In this document: in pieces, positions 57,154 through 64,000 of the stretch
Position numbering within the stretch: the stretch's first letter is position 1
Layout of the letters: each line of letters begins with the position of its first letter
Assembly: GCA_040756745.1 (NCBI GenBank)
Contig: JBFLYO010000012.1
Location: forward strand, 10,429-74,428
Direction: 5' to 3'
Length of the DNA stretch: 64,000 bases
Origin: Bacteroidota bacterium
GTDB lineage: Bacteria; Bacteroidota; Ignavibacteria; UBA10030; UBA6906
Translations under genes and position numbers: made by a program
The notes under the pieces: generated by a model
Told to the model about the DNA's origin: nothing
Seen by the model: the letters and a program-made list of their open reading frames with translations, nothing else
The model's database searches: none

Positions 57154-57187
57154 GCCCGGCGTTCCCCCCAACGCTGGGCTTTTTGTT
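57154..57187 (+). terminator. Intrinsic terminator within the leader of the 57220 gene (candidate attenuator or sRNA 3' end)
   Basis: 10-bp stem GCCCGGCGTT / AACGCTGGGC (one G·U pair), loop CCCCCC, followed by TTTTTGTT. It lies about 55 nt downstream of the promoter and 33 nt upstream of the ATG. Confidence 0.6.
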
Positions 57188-57219
57188 GAGACCCAACTCA
57201 ATCTGGAAGGGACCGAACA

Positions 57220-57510
57220 ATGGCAAAGCCATTGAGGTCGAGACGAGAACAGAAACACAAATCGTTTCACAATGAGCACCTCCCGCTGGCGCGGGAGAAC
57301 TTTCTCATCATTGGGGCCGGACTCCTCGTCATCATCACGGGATACCTGGCCATGCTCCAGGGCTCCGTCGAGGGTTTTCTTCCCCTGGTGGCAGCGCCGA
57401 TTCTACTGGTCCTCGGCTATTGTGTGATTATCCCGATCGGCATCCTCTACCGGAGGTCGATGTTCAGAAGGGGTGCCCGGGAGAAGGACGAAGGGAACGC
57501 CAACGTCTGA
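57220..57510 (+). CDS. Small two-TM membrane protein (96 aa)
   Basis: Basic N-terminus followed by two hydrophobic helices. RBS GGAAGGGA 12 nt upstream. Confidence 0.55.
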   Translation: MAKPLRSRREQKHKSFHNEHLPLARENFLIIGAGLLVIITGYLAMLQGSVEGFLPLVAAPILLVLGYCVIIPIGILYRRSMFRRGAREKDEGNANV

Positions 57511-57695
57511 CCTAGTGCTTTGTGCTCTCCTCTCAATCGTTCGACGCATTGCCGGATCCGAGCGGCGAACTCTATGCTTACGCGCTGACGGATGTCCACC
57601 GCATCACCTACCTCTTCACCGGCCGGCCCTACCGCCGGATCGTCGTCGAAACGCAGGAACCCGGTCGCTGACAGTCTGATCCCTCGAATCGACCC

Positions 57696-58412
57696 GTGCA
57701 ATCCGCCTTGAATATCAGCACGTGCTTTCGTACGTTTAGATATGCGGGTCACATATTCCCCACCGTCCTGCTGATCCTCTTGCGCACCTCACGGGGGTTG
57801 TGTTCGATCGTCTGTATGGGGATGCTCGCGGCAACCCCGGTGTCGGCGACGCTTCAGGATTCCGACCAGGCCGTCGCGTCAAACCTCGAGGTCTACCAGT
57901 CTTTAGCGGCGGAAATCGCCGATTCGCTTGCCGTCCCGCCTGCGGGGGAAGGGGGGAGGAACGTCCATGTCGCTGTCTCGCCGTCAGAGGCGCGATGGTT
58001 CCTGGAAGAACCGGTCAGGAGACGCTTTCTGGCGCGCGGGTGGCGGGTGCACCCGGCGGACACGGCAGAGTACCGGGCGGACGTCGGGGTGCTGCAAATG
58101 CGTGTTACCTATGCCAACGTACGTCGTCCCGGACTTTTCTCTGCTCGAGTGGCCGACCGCACCGTCCGTATGGTTGCCTTCGTGCGCCTCGCAAGCATAA
58201 AAGCGGGAGCCGTGCTCGCCGAAGGGGAGAAGGTGGCAAGTCGGATGGACACCGTAGATGTGGCACTCATCGAGTCACTTGAAAACCCGATGGTCGCCGT
58301 CACGCAAGGCAAAATGCCCGCCGAGAGCTTTCTGTCGGGATGGGCGGAACCGCTCGCAGTGATCGGGGCGGTGGCAATTGCGATCTACCTGCTCTTTACG
58401 GTTCGGAGTTGA
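57696..58412 (+). CDS. Hypothetical protein with a C-terminal TM anchor; start uncertain
   Basis: ORF is translationally coupled to the capA-like gene (ATGA overlap). An internal ATG at 57816 is also possible. No motif recognised. Confidence 0.4.
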   Translation: MQSALNISTCFRTFRYAGHIFPTVLLILLRTSRGLCSIVCMGMLAATPVSATLQDSDQAVASNLEVYQSLAAEIADSLAVPPAGEGGRNVHVAVSPSEARWFLEEPVRRRFLARGWRVHPADTAEYRADVGVLQMRVTYANVRRPGLFSARVADRTVRMVAFVRLASIKAGAVLAEGEKVASRMDTVDVALIESLENPMVAVTQGKMPAESFLSGWAEPLAVIGAVAIAIYLLFTVRS

Positions 58413-59479
58413 TGACGAGCGTGAGCGAACGCTGGTCGGGGGCCCTCCAACTGCTCGGCCTCCTTGCCACAGTGGTTCTTCTTGTGGCGGGATTGCGCAG
58501 GGGAGAGAGAAGTCCCGTGGGAACCAAGGCCCTTGCGACGACCGCTCGGGTTTCGCTCCTTGCCCTGGGCGACATCAACCTGGGGCGGAATGTGGGCCAG
58601 CGGATTCTGAACGGAGATACGCTGTACGCGTTCGCGCTGGCAATGGACACCCTGCGCGCGTACGATGTCGTCTTTGCGAATCTGGAGTCGAATATCTCTG
58701 ACCAGAAAGGTCGAACCGAGCATCCGCACAACAATATCATCTTCACGGCTCCACCGGCCGCCGCATACGCGTTGCGCCGCGCCGGGATAACGGTCGTTTC
58801 GACCGCGAATAATCATGCGCTCGATTTCGGACTGGCTGCCAAAGAGCAGACCATCGCGTACCTCGACGGTGCGGGCATCGCGCATGCCGGCACGGCGGCC
58901 CGGGGTGGCCCGCTATACGCTCCGGCCATTGTCACTGTACGAGGGATTCGGCTGGCCTTTTTCGCTGTAACCGACGTGATGAATTCCACCGGCAATGGAT
59001 GGCACAAGCATGTCGCCGCAGCGGACACCGCTGAGCTTCTCCCCGCTGTCCGAAGGGCGCGCGACAGCGTGGATGTGGTCATCGTCAGTTACCATGGCGG
59101 ACAGGAGTACGGCGAGAGGGTCACGGCGCGCACCGACTCGTTGTCCAGTGATCTGCTCCGAGGTGGTGTGGGCCTGGTGCTCGGGCATCATCCCCATGTC
59201 CCTTACGGGCTGGATGCCGTAGGATCGCGGATTGCAGTGCACTCGCTCGGGAATTTTGTGTTCAAACAGCCGGAACGGTACTGGACGAGATACAGTTATG
59301 CGCTCGCCGCGGTCGTTGCAAAGGACTCCGGGCGGGCGCGCATCGAGTCGATCCGGGTGCTCCCGCTGAAGGCGGACTACCAACCGGAATTTCTCAACGG
59401 CGGAACGGACGCTGCAAACGTCCGCGATCGCGTGCGCATGATGTCTGGCAAGGAAGCATTGGAGAGAGTTGCATGGTGA
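58412..59479 (+). CDS. CapA/PGA_cap-family metallophosphatase (poly-γ-glutamate capsule biosynthesis-like)
   Basis: CapA-family motifs: N-terminal TM helix, LLALGDINLGRNVG, …NLESNISDQKG…, …VSTANNHALDFG…. Confidence 0.75.
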   Translation: MTSVSERWSGALQLLGLLATVVLLVAGLRRGERSPVGTKALATTARVSLLALGDINLGRNVGQRILNGDTLYAFALAMDTLRAYDVVFANLESNISDQKGRTEHPHNNIIFTAPPAAAYALRRAGITVVSTANNHALDFGLAAKEQTIAYLDGAGIAHAGTAARGGPLYAPAIVTVRGIRLAFFAVTDVMNSTGNGWHKHVAAADTAELLPAVRRARDSVDVVIVSYHGGQEYGERVTARTDSLSSDLLRGGVGLVLGHHPHVPYGLDAVGSRIAVHSLGNFVFKQPERYWTRYSYALAAVVAKDSGRARIESIRVLPLKADYQPEFLNGGTDAANVRDRVRMMSGKEALERVAW

Positions 59480-60303
59480 TAAGAATAGTTTCAGCCGTCG
59501 CGTTCCTTGCAGTGCTGGTTGGGGCTGCGGGGTGCGGATCCGGAGAACAGGTGACAAACCTCTCTGTGGAAGATCGGTTCGCGCGGGCGAAAGCCATGTT
59601 CGAGAAGGAGGACTACCTCGACGCGATCAACGAGTTCACGGTCATCACCCTGCAGAACCAGGGAAGCCAGTTTGCAGCGGACGCGCAGTATTACCTCGGG
59701 GAGTGCAGGTATCAACGGGGGGAGTATCTGCTGGCTGCGTTTGAATTCGGAATCATGAAACGGAGCTACCCGACCAGTCCGCGCGCCGCCGAGGCACAAT
59801 ACAAGCTTGCGATGTCGTATTACCATCTTTCTCCAAAATCTTCTCTGGATCAACAGTATACGCGACGTGCCATCGATGAGTTCCAAACGTTTATTGAGTA
59901 CTACCCCTCCAATCCCCTCGCCGCGGACGCCGATGCAAAGATCAAAGAGCTGAACACAAAACTGGCGAAGAAGCTCTATGACGCAGCGAGACAGTATGTC
60001 ACCCTCGAGCGGTATAAGGCAGCGCTCCGCTACTTCGACGACGTGATCGAGCAGTACCATGACACCGACTATGCTCCCCTCGCGTACCTCGACAAAGCGG
60101 AACTGTTGCTGGAGCGAAAGCGGTACGCCGAGGCGGGCACCGAACTCTCGCGCTTCCTCCAGCGGTTCCCGAACAGCGTTCTGCGCGCCCGCGCCGATGC
60201 GCTCAAGCGCCGCCTCGAAGAGGAATCTCGACGCTCCCCCGCGTCCGGCCAATCGGGCGGCGGTCCGCTGACGTCAGGCTCGCTCACCGGATGGTCGCAC
60301 TGA
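59473..60303 (+). CDS. bamD: Outer-membrane protein assembly factor BamD (TPR lipoprotein)
   Basis: Lipobox (LVGAAGC) followed by TPR-like helices with a BamD-typical pattern (…YYLGECRYQRGEYLLAAFEF…, …YKLAMSYY…, …YVTLERYKAALRYFDDVIEQYHDTDYAPLAYL…). Confidence 0.8.
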   Translation: MVIRIVSAVAFLAVLVGAAGCGSGEQVTNLSVEDRFARAKAMFEKEDYLDAINEFTVITLQNQGSQFAADAQYYLGECRYQRGEYLLAAFEFGIMKRSYPTSPRAAEAQYKLAMSYYHLSPKSSLDQQYTRRAIDEFQTFIEYYPSNPLAADADAKIKELNTKLAKKLYDAARQYVTLERYKAALRYFDDVIEQYHDTDYAPLAYLDKAELLLERKRYAEAGTELSRFLQRFPNSVLRARADALKRRLEEESRRSPASGQSGGGPLTSGSLTGWSH

Positions 60304-60770
60304 TGTCCCCGAAGCGCGTTGCGGATTCCCAGGTGATCACGACGAACCTCGTGCTGCCCAATGATACGAATCAGCTCGGGAATCTCCTCGGGGGCACGCT
60401 GATGCACTGGATCGACATCACGGCTGCGATCGCGGCGCAGCGCCATTCGGAAAGAGTGTGCGTGACTGCCTCGGTTGACGAGTTGAATTTCCACCATCCG
60501 ATCAGGCTGGGCGATGTGGTAACGCTTCAGGCCTCGGTCAACCGGGCATTCAGAACTTCGATGGAGATAGGTGTGGTCGTGACTGCCCACTCCACGACCG
60601 GGGGATCTTCTCTTCGGGCAAACAATGCGTACCTCACGTTTGTTGCGATCGATGAAGGGGGGCACCCCGTCGAGGTTCCACAGGTGATCCCGGAATCGGC
60701 GGACGAACAGCGACGATTCGGAGAGGCGCTCGCACGGCGCGAGCTTCGGCTCCGGCACAGACGGCCGTAG
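60291..60770 (+). CDS. Acyl-CoA thioesterase (hotdog fold, YciA-like)
   Basis: …VLPNDTNQLGNLLGGTLMHWIDITAAIAA…VTASVDELNFHHPIRLGDVV… matches the YciA/BFIT family. Confidence 0.8.
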   Translation: MVALMSPKRVADSQVITTNLVLPNDTNQLGNLLGGTLMHWIDITAAIAAQRHSERVCVTASVDELNFHHPIRLGDVVTLQASVNRAFRTSMEIGVVVTAHSTTGGSSLRANNAYLTFVAIDEGGHPVEVPQVIPESADEQRRFGEALARRELRLRHRRP

Positions 60771-60786
60771 GAGGAACATCCTGAAG

Positions 60787-63006
60787 GTGCCCGGCCTTCC
60801 CTTCCCCGCATCAGTTCTCTTTCCCGTCCGGCATCCACACCGGCGAGTCGTGCTGAGCCTGTTCACGGTGAATCTCCTCTGGCTGCAGGCCACATTCGGC
60901 CAGCGACTCTTCAGCACGTTCGGTCCGGTGGCAGAACACCGACTCGGCTTCACACCGGCCGGTCTGGCGCTCCGCACCTCGGCGAGCGTTCCGCGTCCCG
61001 AGATCGCCGTCCTCTCCCAGGAACCAGCCTCCTTGTCCCTGTACGCACTGAGCGATTCAGGAACAATCGCGCGGTCGCTCACTTCTCCCCTCCAGGTGTC
61101 GTACACCGGACTCATCTCCGCCGACCTGAACCGCGACCGTGAGCCCGAATTCATATCCATCGCCAGCAACGCTCCCGCTGTCGGCGTCTTTCAGCGACGT
61201 GGAGGGAAATACACCGAGCGCCGCTTCGAAACCACCTCGCGGCCGCAGCACGTCGCGATCGCCGACATTAACACCGATGGCAGGGCGGATCTGTTGCTGT
61301 TCGGAAAAGGGATGGGGGGTGTCGCGACGCTCCTCGGGGACCGCGAGCAGGGGTTTCTCCCGGGTCCCGTCCTCTTCCCCGACATTTCTGTCAGCGCACT
61401 GCAGGCGCTCGACGTCAACGGTGACGGGATTCTGGACATCATCCTTTGCAACTGGCTTTCGAATCAGCTCGTGCTGTTCTACGGCATAAGCCGGATGGTG
61501 TTCTCTGAACAGGTGTCAGTAGACCTGCCCGGGGAACCCGATGCCCTTGCCTGTACGTGGCTCGTCGGCCGACGACGTCTCGGGATTGCCGCGACCATTC
61601 ATGCGGACAGCAAGGTCGTCTTCCTTCGTGGAACGCCCGATGGCGAGTTCACCATCGCCCAGATTGTTTCCATTCCCGGTCATCCCGTCGGAGTAACCTT
61701 CGCCACCGTCGATGACGACGCCTTCCCTGATCTTGTAGTCCCTGCCGATGAGGGAACAGCGGTAGCAAGGGGGACGGAGCGCCTCGATTTCTCACCTCCG
61801 GCGCTCCTGGGCCCGGGGGCTTCGCCGACGGGGTGGTGGGTCGCAGACCTGGATGCCGACAGGAGACCGGAGCTTATCGCAGCGGAGGGTCAATCCGGGC
61901 GGCTCGTAGTTCTCGGTAACGGATCACATCGAGGGAAGACGGCCTGGCCCCCCACGTATGCCGTCGGAAAACGCCCACGAGGAGTGGCGGTTGAGGACCT
62001 GGACGGCGACGGACGATTCGACATTGCGGTTGCGAACGCAGGCTCCTCGAGCGTCTCTTTCCTGATGAATGCCGGCAAAGGAACCTTCCGGGGACAATTC
62101 TCACTCCCGGTCCCTCAGGCGCCGGTGTCGATCACGTCAGGCGAGTCTCGTTCCGCAGCCACTCACGTTCTCGTCAGCTCCCATCCGTCGGTGGAGACCA
62201 TCGGTGTGGTCAGATGGGGGAGTGACGTGACGGCGGCCTCGATATTCGCCATCCCAACCGGGCCGCGACCTCATGTCCTTTATGCCTGGCAGGATTCCTC
62301 ATCCTTGCGCATCCTTGTGCGATACCTTCCCCTGCGTTCAGAACCGGTGTCGCTCTCGCTCTTCGAGCAGATCAGCGGAAAACAGTTTCTGGAGCACAGT
62401 CTGCAGGCGAGCCTGCCTGAGAGGATCTCTGCGGCTACAGTTGGCCGGATCGGTGCCACTTCATACAGCATAGCGATCGCGAGCCATGAGAAATCAACCC
62501 GGCAAACGTCTCTTGTGCTGGCTTACGCAGACCGGTCGCTGACGCTTGGCCCCCTGCACCAGATTCTTTCATTTGCGGATTCGGCGTCTGCGACGCGGGG
62601 AATAGCGACGGCATCCTTGTCCCGTCCTGGATCCAGGGATTTCCTCCTCTTTCTCGGGAAGCCGTCCAATGCCATCGGTGTGGCGTATGAAAGCGCTCCG
62701 GGCTCATACCGGGATACGCTGGAATGGATACGCAACGTGCGGGCGGATGGCGAGGATCATATCGTCGCCCTCGATGTTGATGGAGACGGCTGGCCAGACC
62801 TCACGGTGCGCAATGGCGTTACGGACGAGATTGTGACGTTTTATGGAGGACCCGGGGGATTCGGACCTGGCGAGAGCGTGTGCAATGCCCTTGGGGTCGA
62901 CTCGTTCGCCATCGCGCCGCTCATCGACCCCCGCAGGAAGGACCTCGTGCTCACCAGGCCTGCGGATGGCACGATTTCCCTCAAATTCCACCCATTCCGG
63001 CGGTGA
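60787..63006 (+). CDS. FG-GAP/VCBS-repeat β-propeller protein (secreted)
   Basis: At least 7 repeats of the D-x-[DN]-x-D-G-x-x-D calcium-binding loop (ADINTDGRADLL, LDVNGDGILDII, EDLDGDGRFDIA, LDVDGDGWPDLT …), typical of integrin-α-like FG-GAP blades. Confidence 0.7.
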   Translation: MPGLPFPASVLFPVRHPHRRVVLSLFTVNLLWLQATFGQRLFSTFGPVAEHRLGFTPAGLALRTSASVPRPEIAVLSQEPASLSLYALSDSGTIARSLTSPLQVSYTGLISADLNRDREPEFISIASNAPAVGVFQRRGGKYTERRFETTSRPQHVAIADINTDGRADLLLFGKGMGGVATLLGDREQGFLPGPVLFPDISVSALQALDVNGDGILDIILCNWLSNQLVLFYGISRMVFSEQVSVDLPGEPDALACTWLVGRRRLGIAATIHADSKVVFLRGTPDGEFTIAQIVSIPGHPVGVTFATVDDDAFPDLVVPADEGTAVARGTERLDFSPPALLGPGASPTGWWVADLDADRRPELIAAEGQSGRLVVLGNGSHRGKTAWPPTYAVGKRPRGVAVEDLDGDGRFDIAVANAGSSSVSFLMNAGKGTFRGQFSLPVPQAPVSITSGESRSAATHVLVSSHPSVETIGVVRWGSDVTAASIFAIPTGPRPHVLYAWQDSSSLRILVRYLPLRSEPVSLSLFEQISGKQFLEHSLQASLPERISAATVGRIGATSYSIAIASHEKSTRQTSLVLAYADRSLTLGPLHQILSFADSASATRGIATASLSRPGSRDFLLFLGKPSNAIGVAYESAPGSYRDTLEWIRNVRADGEDHIVALDVDGDGWPDLTVRNGVTDEIVTFYGGPGGFGPGESVCNALGVDSFAIAPLIDPRRKDLVLTRPADGTISLKFHPFRR

Positions 63007-63008
63007 CG

Positions 63009-64000
63009 ATGCGAACATCAACGGCATTCACGCTCTTCCTCGTGCTCCTCCTGCCGACGGTGGCATCAATCGATGGGCGGGCCCAGGGTCTTCCGTTGCC
63101 CTCCGGAGTGTACGCTCAGAGCGCTGCAACACTCGCCGGCCGCGCAGGATACACTGCGAATGAACCGATCAAGTGCGGCCTTGCCATCACTGCGGCAGCG
63201 GAGCGCGATCGCCCCTCTCTCTCCTCGGCGGAAGCAGAGGCCCTCCGTGTCCTTGATACTCGACCTCTCCATCAGACAAGTGTGCTGTCTAATGGATTCC
63301 GGATCCACTTCGACACCACTGGCGCGAACGCACCTGCCCTGCTCAATGACCAGCATCAACGGATTCCCGGGACTTCATATGCATACGTCGATTCTGTTGC
63401 CTCTATGTTGGCCTACGTAGCGGCGTACGAATCGTCTGTCCTGGGATTCCTCGCGCCTCCGCCGGACGATACGCTCGGGGGCGGGCCGGAATACGACATT
63501 TACATTGAGGAGCTCGGCAATCTCTATGGCCTCACGACGCCCGATCGCGCAACGGCAGAAGGAGAGACATCGCCGACCTTCATCGTGATAGACAACGATT
63601 TCATCTTTGTCTTTCCGGACAGTCTGAAAGGACTCCCTGGACTGCGCGTGACGCTTGCGCACGAGTATCATCATGCCATCCAGATCGGCAGGTATGGGTA
63701 CCGAATCAACGATCTCTGGTATCATGAGATCACCTCCGTGTGGATGGAGGACGTGGTCTACACTGGGGTGAACGACTATTACAGCTACCTTCGATCCTTC
63801 GACAGCCAATTCCGCACCCCGGAAGTCCCGCTGACGTCGAACGACTACATCATGTACAGCCGGGGAATCTGGGGGCAGTATTTTTCCAAGCAGTACGGCA
63901 GCAACGCCATGTTGCTCACCTGGCAGGGGATCGGGGCATCGCCTCCGGTCACGGCAATCGACAATGTCCTGCATGCCTACTTTCAATCGAACCTCCGGGC
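63009..64000 (+). CDS. Secreted HExxH-motif protein, putative zinc metallopeptidase-like; 3' end beyond the window
   Basis: This ORF is absent from the track because it has no stop within the window. ATG at 63009, signal peptide (MRTSTAFTLFLVLLLPTVASIDGRAQG), then an uninterrupted frame to position 64000 containing LAHEYHHAIQ. Confidence 0.6.
   Translation, partial: MRTSTAFTLFLVLLLPTVASIDGRAQGLPLPSGVYAQSAATLAGRAGYTANEPIKCGLAITAAAERDRPSLSSAEAEALRVLDTRPLHQTSVLSNGFRIHFDTTGANAPALLNDQHQRIPGTSYAYVDSVASMLAYVAAYESSVLGFLAPPPDDTLGGGPEYDIYIEELGNLYGLTTPDRATAEGETSPTFIVIDNDFIFVFPDSLKGLPGLRVTLAHEYHHAIQIGRYGYRINDLWYHEITSVWMEDVVYTGVNDYYSYLRSFDSQFRTPEVPLTSNDYIMYSRGIWGQYFSKQYGSNAMLLTWQGIGASPPVTAIDNVLHAYFQSNLR

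Noticed and set aside
63375-63986. 203-aa minus-strand ORF at the window end
   Set aside because: It is antisense to the signal-peptide/HExxH ORF that starts at 63009 and runs off the window. The plus-strand frame has the better start context and a coherent secreted-protein architecture.
1-64000. CRISPR arrays, IS elements, toxin-antitoxin pairs
   Set aside because: No regularly spaced 25-40-bp direct repeats and no terminal inverted repeats flanking a transposase-like ORF. The small ORFs (18026..18244, 57220..57510) show no TA-like partner or motifs.

Overview
High-GC (about 60%) Gram-negative chromosomal segment; the lineage is not asserted, and Bam/Lol/Mla genes only indicate an outer membrane. 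Most of the window is conserved housekeeping: nuoG-nuoH-nuoI, proS, dnaE, trxA, pckA with an aminotransferase, aspS, prfB with its canonical programmed +1 frameshift, lolE/C-like with lolD, an mlaEFD operon on the minus strand, bamD, nadD and one tRNA-Arg(CCT). The main accessory block is a roughly 12-kb surface-glycan locus (5220-17418): wecB, two GT1 and three GT2 glycosyltransferases, a Wzx-like flippase, a zinc-ribbon SAM methyltransferase, an FdtA-like ketoisomerase, rmlB, and an unusual RmlD-like reductase fused to a TylC3-like sugar C-methyltransferase. That locus is punctuated by (GAGATY)n hexanucleotide microsatellites rich in GATC sites, each placed immediately after a stop codon. 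Other points worth a second look: a duplicated ~95-bp element carrying GGATTGC heptamer arrays 3' of the tRNA; a strong promoter-then-terminator leader upstream of a small membrane protein; several fusion proteins (HEAT-repeat-cyclophilin, YVTN propeller-phosphoesterase); a stand-alone HerA-like DUF853 NTPase; an AtuA/DUF4387 pair wedged between aspS and prfB; and an FG-GAP propeller protein followed by a secreted HExxH protein that runs off the window end. No CRISPR array, transposase or integrase was recognisable. Many long antisense ORFs in the track are high-GC artefacts.
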